This document shows positions 38,609-48,428 of a stretch of DNA of 64,000 nt, piece by piece. The notes below the pieces were generated by a model that was not told the DNA's origin, did not search any database, and saw only the letters and a list, made by a program, of their open reading frames with translations. Where the stretch lies: assembly GCA_964489695.1 (NCBI GenBank), contig CAZAZP010000003.1, positions 884 to 64,883 on the forward strand, read 5' to 3'. Each line of letters starts with the position of its first letter. Position 1 is the first letter of the stretch. Position numbers and translations under genes: made by a program. The stretch is from an uncultured Erysipelotrichaceae bacterium (lineage in GTDB: Bacteria > Bacillota_I > Bacilli_A > Erysipelotrichales > Erysipelotrichaceae).

Positions 38609-39211
38609 CTACATAATTGATTGGAGAAATTTATAAAATAAATATAAGCTAGCTGAACCAAGCTCTTCTTCGCTCCAAATACGTTGTTGCTGATTGACCA
38701 ACGTTTCAAACTCACTTTGACAAAAAGAATCACGAACACTAGCTAAGCTATAGTTATCATTCATTTTAATATCATAAAGATAACCTTCAACAAAAATAGT
38801 TCCCGCATCAACAATTCGGTCCTTTAAAGCTAAGATGCTTTCTGCTAAGGCCGGCTGACGAGCTGCTAATTGATCAATTTGGCGGGCTAGGTAACGTTTT
38901 TTAACATAAACTAGAATTGTTCCACTTGGCGGTAATTGAGCTAATAGGTTTTCTATTACTGCTGTTTCTGTTAACTCAAGCTCATTTGAACCAAAGTGTT
39001 CAAGCGACTCATTAAATAAATCTAAGGAATATGCTCGTAAGTGTGAAGTGAAGTCGGCTGCTGATTGCCACTTTAAAGCGAGAAATGCTACTGGTTCGTT
39101 GATTTGTTTTAGCCACATCTTGAGCGCTAGTTTTTCAAGATAGCGACCATCTCCCTTTCGTGCTTTTAACTGGGCATACTGAGTCTTCCCAAAGGTTGCT
39201 TGCTGTTCCAT
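38609..39211 (-). CDS. hypothetical protein
   Basis: ORF with a strong GGGAGGAAAG RBS. No family recognised. Confidence 0.55.
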   Translation of the reverse strand: MEQQATFGKTQYAQLKARKGDGRYLEKLALKMWLKQINEPVAFLALKWQSAADFTSHLRAYSLDLFNESLEHFGSNELELTETAVIENLLAQLPPSGTILVYVKKRYLARQIDQLAARQPALAESILALKDRIVDAGTIFVEGYLYDIKMNDNYSLASVRDSFCQSEFETLVNQQQRIWSEEELGSASLYLFYKFLQSIM

Positions 39212-39286
39212 CTTTCCTCCCGATATTTTACTTGTTACTTGATATCTAAAGCTTAAACTTATTTTGCTTAATTCGCTAGTAATTCG

Positions 39287-39832
39287 CTAAATTAACCCAA
39301 AAATAAAGCCACTAACGCCAGCTAAGAGAATCACGATAATTGGGGATAGTTTAAATTTCGTTAAGGCTAATAAACTACCGCCAACTATGAAAGTAGTAAA
39401 GAGTAAACTAGTTATATCTTTAGTCATAGCTGGCCATAAATTTAACAATAGTAAATAAGCCGCATAACTAATCAAAGCTAGTACAGCTGGTCTTAGACCA
39501 TAAAAGAGATTTTGATAATAAGCGGCTTTTTGAATCGTTTTTAAACTTTTCGCAACGACTAACATTAACAGCATGCCGGGTAAAAATACTGCTAGACTAG
39601 CAATTAGACCACCACCAAAACCAGCTACGCGATAGCCAACAAAGGTTGCTAAATTAATGCCAATTGGACCAGGGGTTGATTCAGAGATTGCAATCATATT
39701 AATGAGCTCCGCATAAGTGTACCACTGATATTTACTAGCTAAGTTAATTAAAAATGGTAAAGTAGCTAAACCACCACCAATACTCAATAAGCCAATTAAT
39801 AAAAACTCTTTTAAAAGCAATAAATAAATCAT
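39287..39832 (-). CDS. chrA: chromate transporter family protein (ChrA half-size, second subunit)
   Basis: Multi-TM protein with GGGLATLP and SESTPGPIGINLATFVGY motifs. Overlaps the partner gene by 4 nt. Confidence 0.85.
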   Translation of the reverse strand: MIYLLLLKEFLLIGLLSIGGGLATLPFLINLASKYQWYTYAELINMIAISESTPGPIGINLATFVGYRVAGFGGGLIASLAVFLPGMLLMLVVAKSLKTIQKAAYYQNLFYGLRPAVLALISYAAYLLLLNLWPAMTKDITSLLFTTFIVGGSLLALTKFKLSPIIVILLAGVSGFIFGLI

Positions 39833-40362
39833 GGTTTTTTCACCAAAAACGCATAAGCAAGACCACTTAGTAACGCCCCGAATAAAATATAGCCTTGTTT
39901 AATACCTAAAAAAGCAATCAGACTAAAACTAATTAGATAAATTAACCCAGCCACATAATCAGTCTTAATAGTCTTCAATAACTGTAAAATTGTTAAACTA
40001 ATAATAACCGTTACCGCAATCCGAATTGCTTCAAACGCCTTAAGGACTAAAGGTGAGTCAAAATAATCAGCAAAAAAGGCTGTAACTAAAGTCATAATAA
40101 TTATTGATGGTAAAGCGGCTGCGAAAGCCGCGATTAAAGCCCCTTGACGTTGTCTTAATTTATAACCAATTAGGGTACTGGTATTAATCGCAATTATCCC
40201 AATACTAAGTTGCGCCACACTATAACTATCCAGTAACTCATTTTCAGTGAGCCAATTGCGTTTATCGATTAGTTCCTTTCGCGCAATAGGTAACATCGCA
40301 TAACCTCCACCGAAAGTGAATAATCCTATTTTAAAAAAGGAAACAAATATTTGGCCTAACAT
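39829..40362 (-). CDS. chrA: chromate transporter family protein (ChrA half-size, first subunit)
   Basis: FFKIGLFTFGGGYAMLP motif. The ATG at 40362 follows AGGAG. The 20-codon upstream extension lacks an RBS. Confidence 0.85.
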   Translation of the reverse strand: MLGQIFVSFFKIGLFTFGGGYAMLPIARKELIDKRNWLTENELLDSYSVAQLSIGIIAINTSTLIGYKLRQRQGALIAAFAAALPSIIIMTLVTAFFADYFDSPLVLKAFEAIRIAVTVIISLTILQLLKTIKTDYVAGLIYLISFSLIAFLGIKQGYILFGALLSGLAYAFLVKKP

Positions 40363-40488
40363 TTTACTCCTACTTCCTTTTATAATCATGTTAAGTTTAG
40401 CATAAAGCCAACTTACCCGCAATTTTCCTAAATTACTTTTTAATCAATTTGCTTGATCTGATAAACTAATCCAATGTCTTATCCAACT

Positions 40489-40513
40489 GAAAAACCGCCG
40501 ATCATCAGCGGTT
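40489..40513 (-). terminator. intrinsic terminator after the small basic ORF
   Basis: AACCGC-N9-GCGGTT followed by TTTCAG (five consecutive Ts counting the last two stem bases) on the minus strand. Confidence 0.55.
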
Positions 40514-40561
40514 TATTAGTACTGGTAATTAGCAAAGCACTAAATCTCATTAATTAATAAA

Positions 40562-40690
40562 TCAATTTGGTGTTTTCTTAACCGGTTGTTTAAATTTTTG
40601 GCGACTCTTTTGGGCCTTAAAAATAGTTTTATATTTTTTATTTTGCTTAATCTTATTTCGTTTTTGAAAATTATGGGTTCTCCGTCTCAT
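40562..40690 (-). CDS. candidate small, extremely basic protein (42 aa)
   Basis: Hand translation gives MRRRTHNFQKRNKIKQNKKYKTIFKAQKSRQKFKQPVKKTPN, with 17 of 42 residues K/R. AGAGAGG lies 5 nt before the ATG and it has its own terminator. It is below the ORF-track size cut-off. Confidence 0.35.
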   Translation of the reverse strand: MRRRTHNFQKRNKIKQNKKYKTIFKAQKSRQKFKQPVKKTPN

Positions 40691-40819
40691 TTTTGCCTCT
40701 CTTTCATTGGTACTTTAATCATACTATAATTTCAGCGAATAATGAAATTCTGAGCTTATCATGTTATAATTAATGTATCTTTTTTATTCATACATCATCA
40801 TAGCTAGGAGGAAGGAAAA

Positions 40820-42973
40820 TTGTATATTTTTATAATTTTTATCGTCATTTGCACTTTACTTTTTGCCTATTATAATCATCGAAAAGTCCAAGCGCGCGAC
40901 CCTGGAAATCCTTTAATGCAAGAGTTAGCTCGATTAATTGCTGAAGGAGCACTCACCTTTTTACACTTAGAAATTAAAATACTAGTCGTCGTTAGCTTAA
41001 TTATTGCAAGCTTACTAGCTTTAATTGTGGCTTGGTATGTGGGTGCTGCTTTTCTGATTGGGGCGATTTTTAGTGGCGCAGCTGGTTATCTTGGCATGAA
41101 AAGTGCCACGATCACCAACGTTCGTGTCACTAATGAAGCACGTACTACCTTTAATGTTACTTCAACCTTAAAAGTCGCATTTCAAGGTGGCAGTGTCATG
41201 GGATTATTGGTTGCTGGTTTTGCTTTAGCGGGCTTATTACTCGTCTTTTTCTTTTTTGGCTTATTACTTGGTCAATTGGACATTAATAATTTAATCATCA
41301 CTACTAACCATTTAGGAATTAGCTTTATTCCTTTCACCATGAGTATCTCTGGTTATGCCTTAGGTTGTAGCGTTGTCGCAATGTTTAATCGCGTTGGTGG
41401 TGGAATTTATACAAAAGCCGCTGATATGGGCGCGGACTTAGTTGGAAAAGCTGAAACCCATCTCCCGGAAGATGATGCTCGTAATCCCGCCACGATTGCT
41501 GATAATGTGGGCGATAACGTCGGTGATGTGGCTGGGTTAGGCTCTGATTTACTTGAAAGTTTTGTTGGAGCGATTGTGGCCGCGATGACTTTAGCGAGCT
41601 ACATGTTTGCCACCAGCTTAAATCAACAACACCCAATTTCCGCTACTTTAACTTTAAAATTAATCAATTATCCCTTACTTTTTGTCAGTATTGGTTTATT
41701 AGCCAGTATGTTAGGAATTGGCATCTTATTAAAGAAAAAGCCTGGTCCAAAACCCCAAAAGGAATTAAACAAAGCTGTTTCTTGGTCAGCCTTGCTAACG
41801 ATTTTATTGAATGGCGTCGTAACTTACTATTTTTTCCATTCCTTAGATATCAGTAGTATTGGCTTTAAGTTTGGGACACTCTCGCCATTTCTAGCAGCGG
41901 TAAGTGGCATTATCAGTGGTTTAGTGATTGGCTTATTAGCTGAATATTACACTAGCTATGATTATCAGCCAACTAGAAAACTAGCTGAGATTTCGTTAGA
42001 AGGACCCGCTTTAATTATTACCCGTGGGATGTCGATTGGCTTACGCTCAACCTTCTTCCCGGTGGCTGTCTTAGGCATTACCATTATTGTTGCTTATAGT
42101 TTAGCTGGAATCTATGGCGTCACGATGGCAGCGGTTGGCATGCTTTCTTTTGTGGCGGCGACAGTCGCGGTTGATACTTATGGCCCGATTGCTGATAATG
42201 CTGGTGGAATCAGTGAAATGGCTAAATTACCGAGCACCGTCAGAAATATCACTGATCAGCTTGATTCGATTGGAAATACCACCGCCGCGATTGGTAAAGG
42301 TTTCGCCATCGGTTCCGCGGCATTAGCAGCATTATCGTTACTTGTTTCTTATATTCAAGCTCAAGGTCATCTTAGTGGTCAATTAAACTTGAATATTATT
42401 GAACCGTTAACTTTAGTCGGCGCGATGTTAGGCGCAGCGTTACCATTTTTATTTTCTGGCATTTTGATTGATGCCGTCACGAAAGTAGCTGATCAAATGG
42501 TAACGGAAATTCGCTATCAATTCCGCTTAGAACCAAAAATTATAACCGGAGAAATCCCCCCTGATTATCATCGTTGTATTAGTATTTCCTCGCTTGGTGC
42601 TTTAAAAGAAATGGTAACCCCCTCTTTAATTGCAGTAGTTATTCCCTTAATTAGTGGTTTTATCTTTGGCCCGCAATTTGTGGGTGGTCTACTTATTGGC
42701 ACGACTTTATCAGCGATTATGTTAGCTATTTATACTGCTAATGCTGGTGGTGCTTGGGACAATGCTAAAAAATATATTGAGATTGGTGGCTTAGCAAATG
42801 AAGCTGCTGGTACTCCCGCCCATGAAGCTTCAATTATTGGTGATACCGTTGGTGATCCATTAAAAGATACCGTTGGTCCATCTTTAGATATCTTAATTAA
42901 AATTATGGCTGTAATTTCATTAATTGGCGTTTCCATCTTTAGTCGCTTCTTTATTTTTGGTTTCTTTAAATAA
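40820..42973 (+). CDS. hppA: membrane-bound proton/sodium-translocating pyrophosphatase (K+-dependent signature)
   Basis: DNVGDNVGDVAG, GNTTAAIGKGFAIGSA and GDTVGDPLKDT motifs, about 16 TM segments. TTG start after AGGAGG. Confidence 0.95.
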   Translation: MYIFIIFIVICTLLFAYYNHRKVQARDPGNPLMQELARLIAEGALTFLHLEIKILVVVSLIIASLLALIVAWYVGAAFLIGAIFSGAAGYLGMKSATITNVRVTNEARTTFNVTSTLKVAFQGGSVMGLLVAGFALAGLLLVFFFFGLLLGQLDINNLIITTNHLGISFIPFTMSISGYALGCSVVAMFNRVGGGIYTKAADMGADLVGKAETHLPEDDARNPATIADNVGDNVGDVAGLGSDLLESFVGAIVAAMTLASYMFATSLNQQHPISATLTLKLINYPLLFVSIGLLASMLGIGILLKKKPGPKPQKELNKAVSWSALLTILLNGVVTYYFFHSLDISSIGFKFGTLSPFLAAVSGIISGLVIGLLAEYYTSYDYQPTRKLAEISLEGPALIITRGMSIGLRSTFFPVAVLGITIIVAYSLAGIYGVTMAAVGMLSFVAATVAVDTYGPIADNAGGISEMAKLPSTVRNITDQLDSIGNTTAAIGKGFAIGSAALAALSLLVSYIQAQGHLSGQLNLNIIEPLTLVGAMLGAALPFLFSGILIDAVTKVADQMVTEIRYQFRLEPKIITGEIPPDYHRCISISSLGALKEMVTPSLIAVVIPLISGFIFGPQFVGGLLIGTTLSAIMLAIYTANAGGAWDNAKKYIEIGGLANEAAGTPAHEASIIGDTVGDPLKDTVGPSLDILIKIMAVISLIGVSIFSRFFIFGFFK

Positions 42974-43019
42974 TTTTTAGGTTGTTTTACAATTAAGCTA
43001 AGGATAGGAAGGACTCTTT

Positions 43020-43820
43020 ATGTTAGTTGAAGATTATATTCGCCATTTTGAACAAGTCGGAGCAGCTTGGTTTGATCCAGAGTATACCCGCGATGTTTTA
43101 GTTTTTGGTGATTTAAAGCAGGCGGTTGGCTCAACTGTCATTACCACTTGGTGCGCGACCAATCAAGTCATCGAAACAGCGATTGAAAATCAAATAAAAT
43201 TTATTATTACCCATGAAAACCCTTTTTATGAGTTGGGTACGAAATTAAAAACTCCGCTTAGAAAAGCCACCCAAGCAAAACAGGCCCTACTACACCAACA
43301 TCAAATAGCGATTTATCGTTGCCATGATGTCTGGGATCGGATGCCTGTTTATGGTGTTTTAGATTCTTGGGCTGAGCTCTTAGCTTTACCCTTTGAAAAA
43401 CGTGAAGTGCATTCGTTTTATCGCCGGGCTAACTTCACTGCTTTACCAGTAATTGAGTTAGCCCAAAAGTTAGCTAATCAAATTAAAAATCATGGTCAAA
43501 ACGGTATCTTAGTGTTAGGACCCAAAGATAAATTAATCCAGAGCCTTACGATTGGAACAGGGGCGATTACGGATATTTTTGATATGGCACATCATTATCC
43601 AGCGGATGCTTATCTTTTAACCGATGATAGTTATCAAACTTGGATTGCTGGCCAATGGGCAATCGATCATCAAATCCCAATACTAGTAGTTAGTCACGCC
43701 ACTTCAGAAATGGCGGGACTAGAAAATATGTCGGTCTATCTCAACCAGCAATTCCCGACTATCAACCACCGCTATTGTGGTCATGATTTTGATTATGAAT
43801 TAATTATTAGTGCTGATTAA
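43020..43820 (+). CDS. Nif3-like dinuclear metal centre protein
   Basis: ITHENPFY, CHDVWD and VSHATSE histidine/acidic motifs are consistent with the NIF3/YbgI family. Confidence 0.55.
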   Translation: MLVEDYIRHFEQVGAAWFDPEYTRDVLVFGDLKQAVGSTVITTWCATNQVIETAIENQIKFIITHENPFYELGTKLKTPLRKATQAKQALLHQHQIAIYRCHDVWDRMPVYGVLDSWAELLALPFEKREVHSFYRRANFTALPVIELAQKLANQIKNHGQNGILVLGPKDKLIQSLTIGTGAITDIFDMAHHYPADAYLLTDDSYQTWIAGQWAIDHQIPILVVSHATSEMAGLENMSVYLNQQFPTINHRYCGHDFDYELIISAD

Positions 43821-44965
43821 TTAAGTTGTTTAAACGTATAACCAGCTTCAATTGATTGATCAATATAATCACTAAGAATATCCACGTTAGTCTGGGAAAT
43901 CGCATGTAGTAACACGATATTTCCATTAGCATTGTATTTCAGTAATTTAGTTAATGAGGCTGCCGGTTCTGGTTGTTTAGCGGGGTCCCAGTCTTGATAA
44001 CCAAACGCCCATAAGACAGTTTTATAACCTAATCCTTTCGCCACATTTAAAGATGTTTCCGAGAAACTACCAGCTGGTGGTCGATAAAGTTTAACAGCTG
44101 GTAAACTACCAACTAAGGTTTGATAACTCTTTTCCCAGTCTGTCAAATCTTTTTTTACTTTATCAACTGAGATTCGCGCATGATCTTCATGGCGTTCGGT
44201 ATGGTTACCCACAATATGTCCTTCAGCTAACATCCTTAAGACTAAAGCTTTATTATTTTTAATATAACTTCCCGTTACAAAGAAGACTACTTTGATACCC
44301 TTTTCTGCTAAGATATCCAAGATATCAGCGGTAAGTTGTTGGTATTCATAACCATTATCAAAGGTTAAATAGAGATTTTTTTGATCATTATGAATTTTAT
44401 AAACCCCATTATATTTTTCCAGTACACTTTTTCCACTAGAATCAGGATAACCCCAACTCCAAGCATAAGGTTTGGTCGCTAGGGCTGGTGTTGATGGAGT
44501 AGTAGGTGGTGTAACCACGACCTTTTTTTGATGGGAATAATTGACTGGATTAATATAACTTAAATCTACCCAACCACCAGGTACAGTCTCACTGGTACTC
44601 AAATTTACTGCAATATCAACCACCTTATAAATAAAATAGGTTTTACTTGAATACGTCGCGATTTTATTATTTAATTCCGAAGCATCTTTAGCTGTATTAA
44701 AAACATCAAAGGCTTGCTTCATTTCAATCTTATCTCCAGCGGTGAATTTTTTGTAATCTACGCTAAAACGCTCAATTGGCTCGGGCTCAACCGGCGGTTC
44801 TACTGGTTCTGCTGGCTCGTCAATATCAATTATTTCTTCAGGTAATTGTTCACCATTTGGTACATCAGGATCAACCGTTGGTCCTTTAAACCAGCTGCTA
44901 CAGCCAGTTAAAATTAAACTGATGGCTAAAACAACTCCAAGCTGCTTTACCACTTTCTTTTTCAT
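43817..44965 (-). CDS. polysaccharide deacetylase (NodB homology, PdaA-like) lipoprotein
   Basis: Lipobox LILTGCSS, proline/glutamate-rich linker, TFDNGYE, GNHTERH, LLHA motifs. Confidence 0.85.
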   Translation of the reverse strand: MKKKVVKQLGVVLAISLILTGCSSWFKGPTVDPDVPNGEQLPEEIIDIDEPAEPVEPPVEPEPIERFSVDYKKFTAGDKIEMKQAFDVFNTAKDASELNNKIATYSSKTYFIYKVVDIAVNLSTSETVPGGWVDLSYINPVNYSHQKKVVVTPPTTPSTPALATKPYAWSWGYPDSSGKSVLEKYNGVYKIHNDQKNLYLTFDNGYEYQQLTADILDILAEKGIKVVFFVTGSYIKNNKALVLRMLAEGHIVGNHTERHEDHARISVDKVKKDLTDWEKSYQTLVGSLPAVKLYRPPAGSFSETSLNVAKGLGYKTVLWAFGYQDWDPAKQPEPAASLTKLLKYNANGNIVLLHAISQTNVDILSDYIDQSIEAGYTFKQLN

Positions 44966-45061
44966 AGTGTCCCTTTCTTGTCACTAGTGGTAATTCTAAT
45001 AACATGGTTGATGTCAAAATTTGTTTACATTTAATATTTTAAGCGCTTGATTTTCACCTAT

Positions 45062-45090
45062 ATTATACCTTGCTCTAGAAATAATGTAAA
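45062..45090 (-). promoter_or_regulatory. candidate promoter of the deacetylase gene
   Basis: Minus strand TTTACA, 17 nt, TATAAT. Confidence 0.5.
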
Positions 45091-45112
45091 TTAATCATTA
45101 ATTTGCCATAAA

Positions 45113-45139
45113 TAAAAAAAGGAACCACATGTGGTTCCT
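45113..45139. terminator. terminator after the opuC-type operon
   Basis: Perfect palindrome AGGAACCACATGTGGTTCCT flanked by A- and T-runs, directly after the stop codon. Confidence 0.75.
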
Positions 45140-46057
45140 TTAATCCATTAAATTTTGTTCCTGTAAAAACTTAAGCGCAACTGCTTCTGGTGTTTTACCT
45201 AACACATCCACTTCATACACCAAATCAGTCATACTTTCATTAGTAAAGCGATGAGCTAATGAGTTAAGAATATCCTTTAGTTCTGGCACATCTGGGAAGC
45301 GTTCAAATAAGTCGACGCGAACTAAGATTGCAGCATTATAGTCTGGGAAATATTGTAAATCATCTTCCAAGAGTTTTAAATCAATCTTCTTATTCATACC
45401 ATCCGTGGTCCAAGCCATCATGACATCAATTTGTTCGTTTTGAATTGCGGTATGTTTGAGATCAATGTTCATTGGTTTTTTATCCTTGAAAGTTAAATTA
45501 TAAGCTTTACTCCACGGCCCAAATCGCATACTACCTTCTTCACTGAAAAACTCATGTTCTGCTCCAAAGATTAATTCACCGGCATAGGGTCGTAAATCAG
45601 AAATAGTTTTTAAGGTATATTTCTGCATGGTCTTTTCCATGACACCAATCGCATAAGTATTTTCAAAGCCTAACTTTTCCAAATGATAAATTTGATGGCG
45701 TTCTAACGCCACTTCGTTGGTGTAATCATAAATACTCATCCCAGCTGGTACATCTTTGACGTCCAATTTTAAATAAGAACTTAAAAGTGATCCATCATAA
45801 CTCAACATTAAATCTGAATCTCCGCCTTGAATTAGTGCTCTAAAAGCAAAGACCGAAGAAGACATTTCATCTTTAATTTTAATCTTAAGATCTGTTTGAT
45901 CTTCAACCAAATATTTAATCATTCGATAAATTATTTGCATCTCTGAATAATGTCCATCATAAACCACGATTGTTCGATTGTCTTTTGAACCACCGCAACC
46001 TGCTAAGACACTAAGACTTAAAGCGAATAATAAACCTAATTTTGCTAATTTTTTCAT
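45140..46057 (-). CDS. opuCC: glycine betaine/carnitine/choline ABC transporter substrate-binding lipoprotein
   Basis: Lipobox VLAGCGG, OpuBC/OpuCC-like length and context (two permeases plus a CBS ATPase). Confidence 0.85.
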   Translation of the reverse strand: MKKLAKLGLLFALSLSVLAGCGGSKDNRTIVVYDGHYSEMQIIYRMIKYLVEDQTDLKIKIKDEMSSSVFAFRALIQGGDSDLMLSYDGSLLSSYLKLDVKDVPAGMSIYDYTNEVALERHQIYHLEKLGFENTYAIGVMEKTMQKYTLKTISDLRPYAGELIFGAEHEFFSEEGSMRFGPWSKAYNLTFKDKKPMNIDLKHTAIQNEQIDVMMAWTTDGMNKKIDLKLLEDDLQYFPDYNAAILVRVDLFERFPDVPELKDILNSLAHRFTNESMTDLVYEVDVLGKTPEAVALKFLQEQNLMD

Positions 46058-46070
46058 ACAAATTCCTTTC

Positions 46071-46679
46071 TTAATCTTTTTTAGTTAAACGATATTTATT
46101 AGTTAACCTTTTTTCAATCATCCCCATTCCATTATCTAGTACTATCGCAATAATCATTAAAGAAATAGTTCCAGAAAATACTAATTGCATATTTTGTATT
46201 CGGATTCCCCGATTAATAATTGAACCTAAACCACCCCCGCCAATCGTGGAAGCAAATACCGCAATCCCCACCGCAGTAACAGCCGCGATACGAATCCCCG
46301 CAAAGATAAGCGGAAAAACTAACGGTAATTCAATTGAAAATAAACGGTCAAAAGCTGATAGACCCATGCCCCGCGCCGCTTCTTTAATCCCTTTATCTAA
46401 ATGAGCTAAGCCCAAATAAGTATTGTGGACAATCGGTAAAAGTGAATATAAAACAATTCCAATAATTACGGTCGTTTTACCTGGCCCAAAGAGAATCATC
46501 ACTAAACCCAGTAGTGCTAATGAAGGAATCGTTTGCAGTAGTTCAGTAAGGATTAAAATAACTTTCCGTAATCGTAAATTTAAATAAGCTAAGATACCCA
46601 AAATTAAACCTAAAATAGTGGCGACTGACACCGACATCAAAACTAGATATAAATGTTCTAAGACTCTTTCAACGTTCAT
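46071..46679 (-). CDS. opuCD: osmoprotectant ABC transporter permease
   Basis: BPD-type permease with an EAA loop (EAARGMGLSAFDRLFSIELP). Confidence 0.88.
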   Translation of the reverse strand: MNVERVLEHLYLVLMSVSVATILGLILGILAYLNLRLRKVILILTELLQTIPSLALLGLVMILFGPGKTTVIIGIVLYSLLPIVHNTYLGLAHLDKGIKEAARGMGLSAFDRLFSIELPLVFPLIFAGIRIAAVTAVGIAVFASTIGGGGLGSIINRGIRIQNMQLVFSGTISLMIIAIVLDNGMGMIEKRLTNKYRLTKKD

Positions 46680-47313
46680 TTTTAGCCTCGATTCTTAAAC
46701 CCCGTGGGGTTAATTTACGTTTCAATAAATCAATCAATTGACTAAAAACTAAAGCCATTATAGCGGAAGGTATCGCCCCAGCTAGCACTAAACGATTATT
46801 ATTACTTGGAATACCGATATAAATAAATTCACCTAAACCGCCTAAACCAATCATCGCTGCTAAAGCCGCCCAACTAACGGTATAAACAGTTGACATCCTT
46901 AAGCCTCCAATAATGCTGGGTAAAGCCAACGGCAATTCGATTTCAATTAATCTTTCAAACCGTGACATCCCACAACCTTTGGCAGCTTCAATTAAACTAG
47001 CATCAACATTTAAAATACCTGTATAAGTATTTTTTAAAATTGGGAAGATCGCATAAATGGTTAAAGCAATTAACACCGTGCGCGGTCTCATCCCTAAATA
47101 GATAAACATAATCCCAACAAAAACAATCCCAGGAATCGTTTGAAATATGGAAATAATCGGTAAAATAATAAATTTTAAACGTGGGACTAACGCTAAAGTA
47201 ATGCCTAAAATTAACGCAATTACAAACCCACCACTCACGGCGACGATGACATAATATAAATGCGTGTAAATAGCTTTGAGTAAGCTCTCACCATAAACAC
47301 TAAAGAATTCCAT
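46669..47313 (-). CDS. opuCB: osmoprotectant ABC transporter permease
   Basis: BPD-type permease with an EAA loop (EAAKGCGMSRFERLIEIELP). Confidence 0.88.
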   Translation of the reverse strand: MEFFSVYGESLLKAIYTHLYYVIVAVSGGFVIALILGITLALVPRLKFIILPIISIFQTIPGIVFVGIMFIYLGMRPRTVLIALTIYAIFPILKNTYTGILNVDASLIEAAKGCGMSRFERLIEIELPLALPSIIGGLRMSTVYTVSWAALAAMIGLGGLGEFIYIGIPSNNNRLVLAGAIPSAIMALVFSQLIDLLKRKLTPRGLRIEAKNER

Positions 47314-48428
47314 TAGTTATCCCCCCAAATGACTTGGCCCATGGCTTTAGCCATACTAGTTTTAGTCACGATACCAGCGATAGTATTATCATCATTTAAA
47401 ACCACGACGTAGTTATTGTTGGAATTAACTAATTTATTGAAAGTTTCATTCGCCTTTTCATTACTATATGAAACGACATTCGAACTAAAAGGAATCTGCG
47501 AAATTGAACCACTAGTTAAATTAGCTTTTCTAATATCATTAACGGTAATCACGCCAGCGTAAGTTTCATCTAAATTCTTAATTAATAGTGAGTCAATTTT
47601 ATTGGCTATGAGTAAATGCATGCCTTCTTTTAAACTTTGATTAGCATAAATACTAACTGGATAACTCCGCATAAAATCAGCTGCCGTTAAATCTAAGTTA
47701 TTAAAACTTACTCGATCACCCATAAACTCTTTAATTAAGCTACTGCCGGGATTCTCTAGCATTTCAGCTGGTGACGCCATTTGAACAATTTTCCCTTTTT
47801 CCATAAAGATAATCGTATCTGCTAGTTTTAACGCTTCATCCATGTCGTGTGTAACAAATACAATCGTTTTCTTTAATTTTTTATGTAATTGTTTAATTTC
47901 ATTTTGTAAGATATTCCGAGTTAACGGATCTAACGCACCAAAGGGCTCATCCATCAACACAATCTCGGGTGAAGCAGCTAAAGCTCTTAAAACACCGATT
48001 CTTTGTTGCTGACCACCAGATAATTCACTTGGATATTTTTTCGCATTTTCTTCATAATCCATATTAACCATGGCTAATAATTGTCTAGTAATTTCATCTA
48101 TCTGCTCTTTTGAAAACTTAAGTCTTTTTGGGACAACCGCAATATTTTGGGCAACTGTCATATTCGGAAATAAACCAATTTCCTGAATTACATAGCCAAT
48201 TTGACGTCGTAGTTTAACTGGATCTAAAGTCTTAATATTAACGTTATTAATATAAATATCGCCACTATCTGGTTCAATTAAGCGATTAATCGATTTTAAT
48301 GTCGTTGTTTTCCCGCAACCACTTGGCCCGATTAAAACAACAAATTCACCTTGTTTAATTTCAAAACTAACTTCTTTTAAAACTTCTTGTGTTCCATATC
48401 TTTTAACAACCTGCTCAAACTTTATCAT
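47313..48428 (-). CDS. opuCA: osmoprotectant ABC transporter ATP-binding protein with tandem CBS domains
   Basis: Walker A GPSGCGKTT, LSGGQQQR, Walker B LMDEPF, C-terminal CBS pair. The ATG at 48428 follows AGGAGG. Confidence 0.92.
   Translation of the reverse strand: MIKFEQVVKRYGTQEVLKEVSFEIKQGEFVVLIGPSGCGKTTTLKSINRLIEPDSGDIYINNVNIKTLDPVKLRRQIGYVIQEIGLFPNMTVAQNIAVVPKRLKFSKEQIDEITRQLLAMVNMDYEENAKKYPSELSGGQQQRIGVLRALAASPEIVLMDEPFGALDPLTRNILQNEIKQLHKKLKKTIVFVTHDMDEALKLADTIIFMEKGKIVQMASPAEMLENPGSSLIKEFMGDRVSFNNLDLTAADFMRSYPVSIYANQSLKEGMHLLIANKIDSLLIKNLDETYAGVITVNDIRKANLTSGSISQIPFSSNVVSYSNEKANETFNKLVNSNNNYVVVLNDDNTIAGIVTKTSMAKAMGQVIWGDN

Noticed and set aside
39268-39289. A tandem 11-bp duplication, TAGCGAATTA(C/A) twice on the minus strand, overlapping the chrA stop. 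It shares GCGAATWA with the PTS promoter repeats and with 40737-40745.
   Set aside because: There are only two copies. My rough composition-based estimate is that the 8-mer occurs several times by chance in 64 kb. There is no evidence for a shared regulator, so it is probably a local slippage duplication.
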